Part shown: one piece after another, positions 11,300-23,197 of the stretch
Numbering within the stretch: the first letter of the stretch is position 1
How the letters are laid out: the number at the start of each line of letters is the position of its first letter
The notes under the pieces: generated by a model
Seen by the model: only the letters and a program-made list of their open reading frames with translations
What the model was told of the DNA's origin: nothing
Database searches by the model: none
Program-made: the position numbers and the translations under genes
Assembly: GCF_050920415.1 (NCBI RefSeq)
Contig: NZ_CP169309.1
Reading direction: 5' to 3' (one strand)
Source of the DNA: Escherichia coli
Lineage (GTDB): Bacteria; Pseudomonadota; Gammaproteobacteria; Enterobacterales; Enterobacteriaceae
DNA: 64,000 bases

Positions 11300-12291
11300 T
11301 GCCATTACTCGATATTCGTAACCTGACCATTGAATTTAAAACCGGTGATGAGTGGGTTAAAGCCGTCGACCGCGTAAGTATGACCTTAACCGAAGGTGAA
11401 ATCCGCGGTCTTGTTGGCGAATCCGGTTCCGGCAAAAGTTTGATTGCAAAAGCAATTTGTGGGGTGAATAAAGATAACTGGCGTGTTACTGCTGACCGTA
11501 TGCGTTTTGATGATATCGATTTGCTGCGTCTCTCCGCACGCGAACGGCGCAAGCTGGTTGGTCACAACGTGTCGATGATTTTCCAGGAACCGCAGTCGTG
11601 TCTTGACCCGTCAGAACGTGTGGGTCGCCAGTTGATGCAAAACATCCCAGCCTGGACCTATAAAGGCCGTTGGTGGCAGCGTTTTGGTTGGCGCAAACGT
11701 CGCGCTATTGAACTGTTGCACCGCGTGGGGATTAAAGATCACAAAGATGCGATGCGCAGTTTTCCCTATGAGTTGACAGAAGGTGAATGTCAGAAAGTGA
11801 TGATAGCCATTGCACTGGCGAATCAACCGCGTCTGCTGATTGCTGACGAACCGACCAACTCAATGGAGCCAACAACCCAGGCGCAAATTTTTCGCCTGTT
11901 GACGCGTCTCAACCAGAACAGCAATACCACTATTTTGCTTATCAGCCATGACTTACAAATGCTTAGCCAATGGGCGGATAAAATTAACGTGCTTTACTGC
12001 GGTCAAACGGTGGAAACCGCGCCAAGTAAGGAGTTGGTGACAATGCCACATCATCCTTATACCCAGGCGCTGATCCGCGCGATACCAGACTTCGGCAGCG
12101 CGATGCCGCATAAAAGTCGCCTCAATACGCTGCCCGGCGCTATCCCACTGCTGGAACAGTTACCGATTGGGTGTCGTCTGGGGCCGCGTTGCCCGTATGC
12201 ACAACGAGAATGCATTGTGACGCCACGTTTGACGGGGGCGAAAAATCATCTCTATGCCTGTCACTTCCCGCTGAACATGGAGAAAGAGTGA
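11299..12291 (+). CDS. sapD: Sap ABC transporter ATP-binding protein
   Basis: 330 aa with Walker A (GESGSGKS) and C-terminal oligopeptide-ABC domain. Confidence 0.92.
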
Positions 12292-12292
12292 G

Positions 12293-13099
12293 ATGATCGA
12301 AACGCTGCTTGAAGTGCGTAATTTAAGTAAAACGTTCCGTTACCGGACCGGCTGGTTTCGTCGTCAGACCGTAGAAGCGGTAAAACCTTTGAGCTTTACG
12401 CTACGTGAAGGCCAGACACTGGCGATCATTGGCGAGAATGGTTCTGGTAAATCCACGCTGGCGAAAATGCTGGCGGGAATGATAGAACCGACCAGCGGCG
12501 AGTTATTGATTGACGATCATCCGCTGCATTTTGGCGATTATTCCTTCCGTAGTCAGCGTATTCGCATGATTTTTCAGGATCCTTCGACCTCGTTGAATCC
12601 CCGTCAACGTATCTCGCAGATTCTTGATTTTCCACTGCGCTTGAACACCGATCTGGAACCTGAACAGCGTCGGAAACAGATTATTGAAACGATGCGGATG
12701 GTTGGGCTGCTACCGGATCACGTCAGTTACTATCCGCATATGTTGGCACCCGGGCAAAAACAGCGTCTGGGGCTGGCGCGCGCGCTGATATTGCGCCCAA
12801 AAGTCATTATTGCCGATGAAGCCCTCGCCTCACTGGATATGTCGATGCGTTCGCAGTTGATTAATCTGATGCTGGAGTTACAGGAAAAACAGGGCATTTC
12901 GTATATTTATGTTACCCAGCATATTGGGATGATGAAGCACATTAGCGACCAGGTACTGGTGATGCATCAGGGCGAGGTTGTCGAGCGAGGTAGTACTGCG
13001 GATGTGCTCGCCTCTCCGCTGCACGACCTCACTAAACGACTGATTGCCGGTCATTTTGGCGAGGCATTGACGGCGGATGCGTGGCGTAAGGACCGTTAA
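12293..13099 (+). CDS. sapF: Sap ABC transporter ATP-binding protein
   Basis: 268 aa with Walker A (GENGSGKST). Confidence 0.92.
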   Translation: MIETLLEVRNLSKTFRYRTGWFRRQTVEAVKPLSFTLREGQTLAIIGENGSGKSTLAKMLAGMIEPTSGELLIDDHPLHFGDYSFRSQRIRMIFQDPSTSLNPRQRISQILDFPLRLNTDLEPEQRRKQIIETMRMVGLLPDHVSYYPHMLAPGQKQRLGLARALILRPKVIIADEALASLDMSMRSQLINLMLELQEKQGISYIYVTQHIGMMKHISDQVLVMHQGEVVERGSTADVLASPLHDLTKRLIAGHFGEALTADAWRKDR

Positions 13100-13169
13100 T
13101 TTTCTGAATCAAGCTTGCAGAATATTCACCTCATTCTGACAGGGAAATTCATCCTGTCAGAATGAAGGG

Positions 13170-13532
13170 ATGGATAAAATAAAAGCAAATGCCCGCGATT
13201 TAAGACGCAACCTCACCCCGCAGGAGCGAAAGTTCTGGCGATATCTTCGCAGCCGACGTTTTGCTGATTTCAAATTTCGCCGTCAACATCCGGTGGGGAA
13301 TTACATTCTCGATTTTGCCTGTTGCTCTGCACGTTTAGCGGTAGAGCTTGATGGTGGGCAACATGATTCAGCTATCGCGTATGATACCAGGCGCACGCGC
13401 TGGCTTGAGTCCCAGGGCTGGACCGTGCTGCGTTTCTGGAATAACGAGATCGATCATAATGAAGAGGCGGTTCTGGGGGAGATTCTGCAGGAACTGAGCC
13501 GCCGGTCACCCTCACCCCAACCCTCTCCCTGA
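13170..13532 (+). CDS. ycjD: DUF559-family protein YcjD; 3' end runs into a repeat element
   Basis: 120-aa ORF MDKIKANARDLRRNLTPQERKFWRYL...; C-terminal codons lie inside the repeat region 13478-13568. Confidence 0.75.
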   Translation: MDKIKANARDLRRNLTPQERKFWRYLRSRRFADFKFRRQHPVGNYILDFACCSARLAVELDGGQHDSAIAYDTRRTRWLESQGWTVLRFWNNEIDHNEEAVLGEILQELSRRSPSPQPSP

Positions 13533-13740
13533 AAGGGCGAGGGGGCTGTATGTGCCTGTTTGTTGCTGCGCAGGCAAATGAACAAGCGGTGCCGGGGATC
13601 ATTCTGCAGGAACTGAGCCGCCTGTTACCCTCTCCCTGAAAGGGCATGGGGGCTGTATGTGCCTGTTTGTTGCTGGGGTGACAACGCGCACAATCGGTCC
13701 CCTCGCCCCTCTGGGGAGAGGGTTAGGGTGAGGGGAAAAG
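13478..13740. repeat. cluster of hairpin repeats: two direct copies (~13482-13568 and ~13601-13676) plus an inverted copy of the ccctcacccNaaccctctccc motif (13713-13736)
   Basis: Direct reading: attctgcaggaactgagccgcc...ccctctccctgaaagggc(g/a)(a/t)gggggctgtatgtgcctgtttgttgctg occurs twice; ggggagagggttagggtgagggg is the reverse complement of the motif at 13509-13529. Confidence 0.7.
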
Positions 13741-13888
13741 CGCACACCCGTGCCCACATTCCTGCCAACTATAGCCACTCACACCCAGGTTGATTATAAT
13801 AACCGTTTATCTGTTCGTACTGTTTATTCAAACGACGAATCGCCTGATTTTCAGGCAACAACAAGCATCAACAATAAGGATTAAAGCT

Positions 13889-14677
13889 ATGGGTTTTCTT
13901 TCCGGTAAGCGCATTCTGGTAACCGGTGTTGCCAGCAAACTGTCCATCGCCTACGGTATCGCTCAGGCGATGCACCGCGAAGGAGCTGAACTGGCATTCA
14001 CCTACCAGAACGACAAACTGAAAGGCCGCGTAGAAGAATTTGCCGCTCAATTGGGTTCTGACATCGTTCTGCAGTGCGATGTTGCAGAAGATGCCAGCAT
14101 CGACACCATGTTCGCTGAACTGGGTAAAGTTTGGCCGAAATTTGACGGCTTTGTACATTCCATTGGTTTTGCACCGGGCGATCAGCTGGATGGTGACTAT
14201 GTTAACGCCGTTACTCGTGAAGGCTTCAAAATTGCCCACGACATCAGCTCCTACAGCTTCGTTGCAATGGCAAAAGCTTGCCGCTCCATGCTGAATCCGG
14301 GCTCTGCCCTGCTGACCCTTTCCTACCTTGGCGCTGAGCGCGCTATCCCGAACTACAACGTTATGGGTCTGGCAAAAGCGTCTCTGGAAGCGAACGTGCG
14401 CTATATGGCGAACGCGATGGGTCCGGAAGGTGTGCGTGTTAACGCCATCTCTGCTGGTCCGATCCGTACTCTGGCGGCTTCCGGTATCAAAGACTTCCGC
14501 AAAATGCTGGCTCATTGCGAAGCCGTTACCCCGATTCGCCGTACCGTTACTATTGAAGATGTGGGTAACTCTGCGGCATTCCTGTGCTCCGATCTCTCTG
14601 CCGGTATCTCCGGTGAAGTGGTCCACGTTGACGGCGGTTTCAGCATCGCTGCAATGAACGAACTCGAACTGAAATAA
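13889..14677 (+). CDS. fabI: enoyl-ACP reductase (NADH)
   Basis: ORF trimmed to [26 protein letters not shown]..., 262 aa. Confidence 0.95.
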
Positions 14678-14820
14678 TCGTTCTGTTGGTCAAGATGGGC
14701 GGCGTTCTGCCGCCCATTATCTCTGTTATACCTTTCTGATATTTGTTATCGCCGATCCGTCTTTCTCCCCTTCCCGCCTTGCGTCAGGATAACGATTTCC
14801 TTCACGACCAAGGAGCGCCC

Positions 14821-15948
14821 ATGGAACAACGCCACATCACCGGCAAAAGCCACTGGTATCATGAAACGCAATCCAGTACTGCGGAGAATGACGTTCTGCC
14901 TCTGGTCCCGGAAGCCGCAAAGGTTCGCGATCCCTTTCTGCTCGACGTGATCCTTGATGAAGAAACGCTGGCCCCCTTCCTTTCATGGATGGTCCCGGCG
15001 CGCATTCTTGCAGCGGAGTTGTTCCCTGACCAGCTTACTGTGACCCGTTCACAGACCTTCACCGCTTATGAACGCTTGACGACGGCCCTGACGGTTGCTC
15101 AGGTTTGCGGCGTCCAGCGGTTATGTAACTACTATTCGGCGCGACTTACGCCGCTCCCCGGGCCTGATTCCTCCAGGGAAAGTAATCATCGGTTGGCACA
15201 AATCACGCAATATGCCCGCCAACTGGCCAGCTCGCCTTCTATTATCGACAACCGATCGCGCCAACATCTGAATGACGTCGGTCTTACTGCCTGGGACTGT
15301 GTGATAATCAACCAAATAATTGGTTTTATTGGCTTTCAGGCGCGGACAATTGCGACATTTCAGGCTTATCTCGGGCATTCGGTACGCTGGTTACCCGGTC
15401 TGGAGATACAAAACTACGCCGACGCGTCACTGTTTGCTGATGAATCAATACGCTGGCGAAGCAGCTATGAGGTGGAAAAACTACCTGAAGAGCACACAAA
15501 AAGTTCTAATGCAGAACTTTGCCAACTGACCGAAACACTCTCTCTCCACCCTATTTCACTTTCCCTTCTCGAAAAGTTGTTAAACAGCACACGGGTCAAT
15601 ACACAGCCGGATAATAAGCTTGCGGCGTTGTTATGCGCGCGTATTAATGGCAGTCCTGCCTGTTTTGCTGCCTGTATGAATTCATCAAATGAATATAAAA
15701 AAATCAGCCCCCTTCTGCGCAAGGGCGAAAATGAAATTAACCAATGGGCTGACCGTGATTCTGTTGAGCGCGCTACCGTTCAGGCGATACAATGGCTGAC
15801 CCGAGCACCCGATCGCTTTAGCGCCGCCCAGTTCAGCCCATTACTCGAACACGAAAAATCATCAACGCAGATTATTAATCTGCTGGTATGGAGCGGGCTG
15901 TGTGGCTGGATAAATCGCTTAAAAATCGCGTTGGGTGAGACATATTAA
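14821..15948 (+). CDS. yciW: uncharacterised protein YciW (CMD/peroxidase-related fold predicted)
   Basis: ORF trimmed to [17 protein letters not shown]..., 375 aa. Confidence 0.8.
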   Translation: MEQRHITGKSHWYHETQSSTAENDVLPLVPEAAKVRDPFLLDVILDEETLAPFLSWMVPARILAAELFPDQLTVTRSQTFTAYERLTTALTVAQVCGVQRLCNYYSARLTPLPGPDSSRESNHRLAQITQYARQLASSPSIIDNRSRQHLNDVGLTAWDCVIINQIIGFIGFQARTIATFQAYLGHSVRWLPGLEIQNYADASLFADESIRWRSSYEVEKLPEEHTKSSNAELCQLTETLSLHPISLSLLEKLLNSTRVNTQPDNKLAALLCARINGSPACFAACMNSSNEYKKISPLLRKGENEINQWADRDSVERATVQAIQWLTRAPDRFSAAQFSPLLEHEKSSTQIINLLVWSGLCGWINRLKIALGETY

Positions 15949-16015
15949 CCTTGCCGCGTCAGACAGATTCGCGTAAAACTGTCAGCCGCTCTAATGGCCA
16001 CCAAAATAGACAATT

Positions 16016-17950
16016 ATGTTTCAGGACAACCCGCTGCTAGCGCAGCTTAAACAGCAACTGCATTCCCAGACGCCACGCGCTGAAGGGGTGGTAAAAGCCA
16101 CAGAAAAAGGCTTTGGCTTCCTGGAAGTCGACGCGCAAAAAAGTTATTTCATTCCGCCGCCGCAGATGAAAAAAGTCATGCATGGCGACCGAATTATCGC
16201 GGTGATCCACAGTGAAAAAGAACGTGAATCCGCAGAGCCAGAAGAACTGGTTGAACCGTTTCTGACTCGTTTCGTGGGTAAAGTTCAGGGCAAAAATGAC
16301 CGTCTGGCCATCGTTCCTGATCATCCACTCTTAAAAGACGCCATTCCTTGCCGCGCAGCCCGTGGCCTGAACCACGAGTTTAAAGAAGGCGACTGGGCGG
16401 TTGCCGAAATGCGCCGTCATCCGCTGAAAGGCGATCGTTCTTTCTATGCTGAACTAACACAATACATCACTTTTGGTGACGACCACTTTGTACCGTGGTG
16501 GGTTACCCTGGCGCGCCATAACCTGGAAAAAGAAGCACCAGACGGCGTCGCTACCGAAATGCTCGATGAAGGTCTGGTTCGTGAAGATCTGACAGCGCTG
16601 GATTTTGTCACCATCGACAGTGCCAGCACTGAAGATATGGATGACGCCCTTTTCGCTAAGGCGTTGCCGGATGACAAACTTCAGCTGATTGTGGCGATTG
16701 CCGATCCAACCGCGTGGATTGCTGAAGGCAGCAAGCTGGACAAAGCCGCGAAAATTCGCGCATTCACCAACTATCTGCCTGGCTTCAACATCCCTATGCT
16801 GCCTCGCGAGCTTTCTGACGATCTCTGCTCACTGCGCGCCAATGAAGTCCGCCCGGTACTGGCATGCCGCATGACGCTCTCCGCTGATGGCACCATTGAA
16901 GATAATATCGAATTCTTTGCCGCCACCATCGAATCCAAAGCGAAGCTGGTGTATGACCAGGTCTCTGACTGGCTGGAAAATACCGGTGACTGGCAGCCTG
17001 AAAGTGAAGCAATTGCCGAACAAGTCCGTTTGTTAGCGCAAATTTGCCAACGCCGTGGCGAGTGGCGTAATAACCACGCACTGGTATTTAAAGATCGCCC
17101 GGATTACCGCTTTATTCTCGGTGAAAAAGGTGAAGTGCTGGATATCGTCGCCGAGCCTCGTCGCATTGCCAATCGTATCGTCGAAGAAGCGATGATTGCC
17201 GCTAACATTTGTGCGGCCCGCGTACTGCGCGATAAGCTCGGTTTTGGCATCTATAACGTGCATATGGGCTTTGATCCGGCGAATGCCGACGCGCTGGCGG
17301 CGTTGCTGAAAACCCATGGTCTGCATGTCGATGCCGAAGAAGTGCTCACGCTGGACGGTTTCTGCAAACTGCGTCGTGAACTGGATGCGCAACCAACTGG
17401 TTTCCTCGACAGCCGCATTCGTCGCTTCCAGTCATTTGCTGAAATTAGCACTGAACCCGGTCCTCACTTTGGCCTCGGTCTGGAAGCATACGCCACCTGG
17501 ACTTCGCCAATCCGTAAATATGGCGACATGATCAACCACCGTCTGCTGAAAGCGGTTATCAAAGGCGAAACTGCGACGCGTCCGCAGGATGAAATCACTG
17601 TCCAAATGGCCGAGCGTCGCCGTCTCAACCGAATGGCAGAACGTGATGTTGGCGACTGGTTATACGCACGCTTCCTGAAAGACAAAGCCGGGACCGACAC
17701 CCGTTTCGCGGCGGAAATTGTCGATATCAGCCGTGGCGGCATGCGTGTGCGTTTGGTTGATAACGGCGCTATCGCCTTTATTCCAGCACCTTTCTTACAC
17801 GCTGTGCGCGATGAACTGGTTTGCAGCCAGGAAAACGGCACTGTACAAATTAAAGGTGAAACGGCTTACAAAGTGACCGACGTTATTGACGTCACCATTG
17901 CCGAAGTCCGCATGGAAACCCGCAGCATTATTGCACGCCCGGTCGCGTAA
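16016..17950 (+). CDS. rnb: exoribonuclease II
   Basis: 644-aa [42 protein letters not shown]..., RNB domain. Confidence 0.95.
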   Translation: MFQDNPLLAQLKQQLHSQTPRAEGVVKATEKGFGFLEVDAQKSYFIPPPQMKKVMHGDRIIAVIHSEKERESAEPEELVEPFLTRFVGKVQGKNDRLAIVPDHPLLKDAIPCRAARGLNHEFKEGDWAVAEMRRHPLKGDRSFYAELTQYITFGDDHFVPWWVTLARHNLEKEAPDGVATEMLDEGLVREDLTALDFVTIDSASTEDMDDALFAKALPDDKLQLIVAIADPTAWIAEGSKLDKAAKIRAFTNYLPGFNIPMLPRELSDDLCSLRANEVRPVLACRMTLSADGTIEDNIEFFAATIESKAKLVYDQVSDWLENTGDWQPESEAIAEQVRLLAQICQRRGEWRNNHALVFKDRPDYRFILGEKGEVLDIVAEPRRIANRIVEEAMIAANICAARVLRDKLGFGIYNVHMGFDPANADALAALLKTHGLHVDAEEVLTLDGFCKLRRELDAQPTGFLDSRIRRFQSFAEISTEPGPHFGLGLEAYATWTSPIRKYGDMINHRLLKAVIKGETATRPQDEITVQMAERRRLNRMAERDVGDWLYARFLKDKAGTDTRFAAEIVDISRGGMRVRLVDNGAIAFIPAPFLHAVRDELVCSQENGTVQIKGETAYKVTDVIDVTIAEVRMETRSIIARPVA

Positions 17951-17960
17951 TCTCCTTTCA

Positions 17961-17992
17961 CGGCCCATTCCTCATGAATGGGCCGTTTATTT
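17961..17992 (+). terminator. rho-independent terminator of rnb
   Basis: Hairpin ggcccatt-cctcatg-aatgggcc followed by tttattt. Confidence 0.7.
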
Positions 17993-18184
17993 CCCCGCTC
18001 CACCTTCGCCATATCCCGGCAGATTTTTAACTGACTTTCGTTTGAAAACTGGCGTTTTTCCAAAACTGGATTACAAATAAATAGATAAAAAAAACAATGC
18101 GTTTAGCCGCCGTTAATTTCATGTAAGTCATGTTGTTCCTTTTATTTAACCGCGAACTCCGCTGTTAACCGGAGGATATGCATC

Positions 18185-20170
18185 ATGAAAACCGTTAGGG
18201 AGTCCACAACGTTGTACAACTTTCTCGGATCGCACAATCCATACTGGCGGTTGACGGAAAGCAGCGATGTTTTGCGCTTTTCTACCACCGAAACCACAGA
18301 ACCTGAACGTACGTTGCAGTTATCTGCCGAACAGGCTGCTCGCATCAGGGAAATGACGGTCATCACTTCCAGCCTGATGATGAGTCTGACCGTCGATGAA
18401 AGCGATCTTTCTGTGCATCTGGTAGGACGAAAAATCAATAAACGGGAATGGGCTGGCAACGCGTCGGCATGGCATGACACACCGGCGGTTGCTCGTGATT
18501 TATCACACGGGCTTTCCTTTGCTGAGCAGGTAGTTTCTGAAGCACATTCCGCAATAGTGATTCTCGACAGTCGGGGGAATATCCAACGCTTCAATCGGTT
18601 ATGTGAAGATTACACAGGGTTGAAAGAACACGACGTCATTGGGCAAAGCGTGTTTAAACTGTTTATGAGCCGTCGTGAAGCTGCGGCATCCAGGCGCAAT
18701 AACCGTGTATTTTTTCGAAGCGGCAATGCATATGAAGTCGAACTGTGGATACCAACACGTAAAGGCCAGCGGCTGTTTCTGTTTCGCAATAAATTTGTCC
18801 ACAGCGGCAGTGGCAAGAACGAGATTTTTTTAATCTGTTCCGGCACCGACATTACCGAAGAGCGCCGCGCTCAGGAGCGACTGCGTATTCTGGCAAATAC
18901 CGACAGTATCACCGGACTGCCGAATCGTAACGCAATGCAGGAGTTAATCGATCACGCCATTAATCAGGCAGATAACAATAAAGTTGGGGTTGTGTATCTT
19001 GATTTGGATAATTTTAAAAAGGTCAACGACGCTTATGGGCATTTGTTTGGTGACCAGCTATTACGCGAAGTGTCATTGGCCATTTTAAGCTGTCTCGAAC
19101 ATGATCAGGTGTTGGCGCGTCCAGGTGGCGATGAGTTTCTGGTACTGGCATCCAATACCTCACAAAGCGCGCTGGAAGCAATGGCATCACGAATTTTGAC
19201 CCGCTTACGACTCCCCTTCCGCATTGGTTTAATTGAAGTTTATACCAGCTGTTCAGTGGGTATTTCACTCTCTCCCGAACATGGTTCGGACAGCGCGGCT
19301 ATTATTCGTCACGCCGACACAGCAATGTACACAGCGAAGGAAGGCGGACGAGGACAATTTTGCGTTTTTACCCCAGAAATGAATCAGCGGGTATTTGAAT
19401 ATCTCTGGCTGGATACCAACTTGCGTAAAGCACTGGAAAACGATCAGTTGGTTATTCACTATCAACCGAAAATCACTTGGCGTGGCGAAGTACGCAGTCT
19501 GGAAGCTTTAGTACGTTGGCAGTCACCTGAACGTGGGTTGATTCCACCGTTGGACTTTATTTCCTACGCCGAAGAGTCAGGGCTAATTGTGCCTTTAGGC
19601 CGTTGGGTGATTCTCGATGTCGTACGCCAGGTGGCGAAGTGGCGGGATAAAGGCATTAACCTGCGAGTGGCGGTAAACATTTCTGCACGTCAGCTCGCCG
19701 ATCAAACCATTTTCACCGCCCTGAAACAGGTTCTCCAGGAACTCAATTTTGAATACTGCCCTATTGATGTTGAACTGACGGAGAGCTGCCTGATTGAGAA
19801 TGATGAACTGGCACTGTCTGTTATTCAACAATTTAGCCAACTAGGTGCGCAAGTGCATCTGGACGATTTTGGTACCGGCTACTCTTCACTTTCGCAACTG
19901 GCGCGCTTTCCGATCGATGCGATTAAACTTGACCAGGTTTTTGTTCGAGATATTCACAAACAACCTGTATCGCAGTCGCTGGTCCGGGCGATCGTCGCTG
20001 TGGCCCAGGCATTGAATCTTCAGGTGATCGCTGAAGGAGTGGAGAGTAAAAAGGAAGATGCTTTTTTAACCAAGAACGGGATCAATGAGCGGCAAGGATT
20101 TTTGTTTGCCAAACCGATGCCCGCCGTCGCCTTCGAACGCTGGTATAAACGCTATCTGAAGCGCTCATAA
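18185..20170 (+). CDS. pdeR: c-di-GMP phosphodiesterase with PAS-GGDEF-EAL architecture
   Basis: 661 aa; degenerate GGDEF region followed by an EAL domain. Confidence 0.9.
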   Translation: MKTVRESTTLYNFLGSHNPYWRLTESSDVLRFSTTETTEPERTLQLSAEQAARIREMTVITSSLMMSLTVDESDLSVHLVGRKINKREWAGNASAWHDTPAVARDLSHGLSFAEQVVSEAHSAIVILDSRGNIQRFNRLCEDYTGLKEHDVIGQSVFKLFMSRREAAASRRNNRVFFRSGNAYEVELWIPTRKGQRLFLFRNKFVHSGSGKNEIFLICSGTDITEERRAQERLRILANTDSITGLPNRNAMQELIDHAINQADNNKVGVVYLDLDNFKKVNDAYGHLFGDQLLREVSLAILSCLEHDQVLARPGGDEFLVLASNTSQSALEAMASRILTRLRLPFRIGLIEVYTSCSVGISLSPEHGSDSAAIIRHADTAMYTAKEGGRGQFCVFTPEMNQRVFEYLWLDTNLRKALENDQLVIHYQPKITWRGEVRSLEALVRWQSPERGLIPPLDFISYAEESGLIVPLGRWVILDVVRQVAKWRDKGINLRVAVNISARQLADQTIFTALKQVLQELNFEYCPIDVELTESCLIENDELALSVIQQFSQLGAQVHLDDFGTGYSSLSQLARFPIDAIKLDQVFVRDIHKQPVSQSLVRAIVAVAQALNLQVIAEGVESKKEDAFLTKNGINERQGFLFAKPMPAVAFERWYKRYLKRS

Positions 20171-20317
20171 GTAGATGAATATATATACTTAGCGATGTAT
20201 TCCGTCATTATATATCGTATTCCCGGATGATAATTAGCCGTTGCCGTTAAACACTTCTCTTTTAGCGGCAATTTTTGCATTATTCACTTTCCCCCTTTTG
20301 CTATAAGGATGTCCTTG

Positions 20318-20491
20318 ATGTCTGAATTTGATGCCCAGCGCGTTGCCGAACGTATTGATATTGTGTTAGATATCCTTGTGGCAGGCGATTACCACTCTGC
20401 GATCCATAATCTCGAGATACTTAAAGCAGAACTCTTGCGCCAGGTTGCTGAATCTACGCCAGACATCCCGAAGGCACCGTGGGAGATTTAA
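20318..20491 (+). CDS. yciZ: UPF0509 small protein YciZ
   Basis: ORF trimmed to [42 protein letters not shown]..., 57 aa. Confidence 0.75.
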
Positions 20492-20580
20492 CAATCGTGC
20501 CTTCAGGTTTTCCTATTTGAGGATGCCCGGCGCGTCAGTATTTTTTTATTAAGTATTATAACGTTATAAGAATTACAGCG

Positions 20581-21330
20581 ATGAATTCCCGACAACAAAC
20601 TATTCTACAGATGGTCATTGACCAGGGTCAGGTTAGCGTAACCGATCTGGCAAAAGCCACTGGAGTTTCTGAAGTTACCATTCGCCAGGATCTCAACACC
20701 CTCGAAAAACTGAGTTACCTCCGCCGTGCACATGGCTTTGCAGTTTCGCTTGATAGTGATGACGTCGAAACCCGTATGATGAGCAACTATACACTGAAGC
20801 GTGAACTCGCCGAGTTTGCCGCGTCACTGGTTCAACCGGGCGAAACTATCTTTATCGAAAATGGCAGCAGCAATGCCCTACTCGCCCGGACTCTGGGCGA
20901 GCAGAAGAAAAACGTCACTATCATCACGGTCAGCAGCTATATTGCACATTTGCTGAAAGACGCGCCTTGTGAAGTCATTTTACTCGGTGGCGTGTACCAG
21001 AAAAAAAGCGAAAGTATGGTTGGCCCTTTGACACGTCATTGCATCCAACAGGTGCATTTCAGCAAGGCATTTATTGGTATTGATGGCTGGCAGCCTGAAA
21101 CTGGGTTTACCGGTCGCGATATGATGCGTACCGATGTGGTCAATGCCGTGCTGGAAAAAGAGTGCGAAGCGATAGTCCTGACTGACAGTTCGAAATTTGG
21201 TGCTGTACATTCATACTCCATCGGCCCCGTTGAGCGATTCAATCGCGTGATTACCGATTCGAAAATACGCGCCAGCGATCTGATGCATCTTGAGCACAGT
21301 AAACTCACCGTTCACGTCGTTGACATTTAA
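20581..21330 (+). CDS. yciT: DeoR-family transcriptional regulator
   Basis: 249 aa with N-terminal HTH ([25 protein letters not shown]) and DeoR C-terminal sugar-binding region. Confidence 0.88.
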   Translation: MNSRQQTILQMVIDQGQVSVTDLAKATGVSEVTIRQDLNTLEKLSYLRRAHGFAVSLDSDDVETRMMSNYTLKRELAEFAASLVQPGETIFIENGSSNALLARTLGEQKKNVTIITVSSYIAHLLKDAPCEVILLGGVYQKKSESMVGPLTRHCIQQVHFSKAFIGIDGWQPETGFTGRDMMRTDVVNAVLEKECEAIVLTDSSKFGAVHSYSIGPVERFNRVITDSKIRASDLMHLEHSKLTVHVVDI

Positions 21331-21598
21331 CCATTTCCCTTCTCTACGGATGATTTGCTGTTTTGCAAATCATCCGCTCTAAGATGATTCCTGGTTGATA
21401 ATTAAGACTATTTACCTGTTATTAACACTCTCAAGATATAAAATTATTATCAGCGATATAACAGGAAGTCATTATCACCTGCGTGATATAACCCTGCGCG
21501 CGAGCGGATTTCACGGAATAATTTCACCAGGCTTATTCTTAGCTATTATAGTTATAGAGAGCTTACTTCCGTGAATCATAAATTCAGGAGAGAGTATT

Positions 21599-21817
21599 AT
21601 GTTTGTAACGAGCAAAAAAATGACCGCGGCTGTTCTGGCAATTACCCTGGCAATGTCTCTGAGTGCCTGTTCTAACTGGTCTAAACGAGACCGTAACACC
21701 GCAATTGGCGCGGGCGCAGGTGCATTAGGCGGTGCAGTACTGACCGATGGCAGTACGCTGGGTACATTAGGTGGTGCAGCCGTCGGTGGTGTTATTGGTC
21801 ACCAGGTCGGTAAATAA
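21599..21817 (+). CDS. osmB: osmotically inducible lipoprotein B
   Basis: 72 aa; lipobox LSAC, glycine-rich repeats GAGAGALGGAV. Confidence 0.92.
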   Translation: MFVTSKKMTAAVLAITLAMSLSACSNWSKRDRNTAIGAGAGALGGAVLTDGSTLGTLGGAAVGGVIGHQVGK

Positions 21818-21912
21818 TCGTAAATAAATGTCGATTATCGACTCGCAATTATAATACGCTTGATTCTGTTCAGTACGAAATAACTGAATAATACACACAG
21901 TAAAATATTCTA

Positions 21913-21940
21913 AAGCCACGGATATATCCGTGGCTTTTTA
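21913..21940. terminator. bidirectional intrinsic terminator (osmB on +, pyrF-yciH on -)
   Basis: agccacggatatatccgtggct hairpin followed by ttttt on +; it lies 3 nt from the yciH stop on -. Confidence 0.7.
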
Positions 21941-21942
21941 TG

Positions 21943-22272
21943 TTAACCGCCGGCGAGTTTTACCTTCATCCCTTTCGCTTCAAGCAGTGATTTTAATAAA
22001 TCGCGCTTATCACCCTGGATTTCAATAATTCCATCTTTAACTGCCCCGCCGCAGCCGCATTTTTTCTTCAGTTCCGCTGCCAGTTTTGTCAGTTCGGCAT
22101 CATCGAGATCGACACCGGTAATCAAGCAAACGCCCTTACCTTTACGTCCACTGGTCTGACGCTGAATACGCACCACACCGTCGCCTTTAGGGCGTACAGG
22201 GGCCGCTTTTGGCTCATCAATACGTCCGGTTTCCGTTGAGTAGACCAGACGGCTGTTGGAATCACTCATCAT
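21943..22272 (-). CDS. yciH: SUI1-family translation initiation factor homologue
   Basis: 108/109-aa [25 protein letters not shown]...; first ATG overlaps the pyrF stop (ATGA). Confidence 0.88.
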   Translation of the reverse strand: MMSDSNSRLVYSTETGRIDEPKAAPVRPKGDGVVRIQRQTSGRKGKGVCLITGVDLDDAELTKLAAELKKKCGCGGAVKDGIIEIQGDKRDLLKSLLEAKGMKVKLAGG

Positions 22273-23006
22273 GCACTCCGCTGTAAAGAGGCGTTGATCG
22301 CTTTCAGCGTTTGCGCTGGATCTACCGATTGCGTTACCGGGCGACCAATCACCATATAATCAACACCAGCCGCCAACGCCTGTTCTGGCGTCATAATGCG
22401 GCGCTGGTCACCAGCTTCACTCCCCTGCGGACGAATGCCCGGCGTAACCAGTTTGAACTCCTGACCGAATACCTGTTTAAAGCGCACAGCTTCCTGAGCA
22501 GAACACACCACACCATCAAGGCCACATTTTTGCGTCAGTGCCGCCAGACGTTCTGCATAATCTGCAGGTGACAGCGTCACGCCAAGATCGGCCAGGTCGC
22601 TGGCTTCCATGCTGGTCAACACCGTCACAGCAATCAAAAGCGGTGCATCTTTGCCAAACGGGACGAGTGCCTCACGCGCTGCGGTCATCATACGCGCCCC
22701 ACCGGAGGCGTGAACATTCACCATCCACACGCCTAAGTCAGCTGCAGCAGCGACAGCGTGCGCTGCAGTGTTGGGAATATCGTGAAATTTCAGGTCGAGG
22801 AAGATATCAAAACCACGCTGTTGAAGTTCGCGTACAAATTGAGGTCCAAACAGCGTAAACATCTCTTTGCCGACTTTCAGACGACAATCGCGTGGGTCGA
22901 TCTTGTCGACAAAGGCCAGCGCGGCATCACGATTATGATAATCAAGGGCAACAACCACAGGAGAATTCGTAACAGCGCGGGAAGAAGATGAAGCAGTTAA
23001 CGTCAT
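22269..23006 (-). CDS. pyrF: orotidine-5'-phosphate decarboxylase
   Basis: ORF trimmed to [23 protein letters not shown]..., 245 aa. Confidence 0.93.
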   Translation of the reverse strand: MTLTASSSSRAVTNSPVVVALDYHNRDAALAFVDKIDPRDCRLKVGKEMFTLFGPQFVRELQQRGFDIFLDLKFHDIPNTAAHAVAAAADLGVWMVNVHASGGARMMTAAREALVPFGKDAPLLIAVTVLTSMEASDLADLGVTLSPADYAERLAALTQKCGLDGVVCSAQEAVRFKQVFGQEFKLVTPGIRPQGSEAGDQRRIMTPEQALAAGVDYMVIGRPVTQSVDPAQTLKAINASLQRSA

Positions 23007-23197
23007 GACCAGACCTTCTTGATGATGGGCACCGGAAGTGGCGCGAAACAGGTAAACGGCGAGCATTCTACCCGTGGAAATAAAAAATTAACAGTTGCGA
23101 TTTCTCCCCTGGCAGGCTTTTCTGCGCCCGAGTTACCGGAGCACAATGGAACATTAATAATAAGTATGTTGTAACTAAAGTCGGATTTTTTTAAAAA

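Noticed and set aside
13478-13740. Possibility that the ycjD-fabI direct repeats are a CRISPR array.
   Set aside because: Only two direct copies plus one inverted copy, no regularly sized unique spacers, and the unit is an imperfect hairpin of the REP/BIME type; no cas genes nearby.
13868-14626. 252-aa ORF antisense to fabI; similar long antisense ORFs at 275..646 (in puuB), 10296..10850 (in sapB/sapC), 33005..33754 (in topA) and 62030..62566 (in oppA).
   Set aside because: Each lies entirely inside a well-supported gene on the opposite strand, has a low-complexity Arg/Ala/Gly-rich translation typical of GC-rich antisense frames, and lacks a ribosome-binding site.
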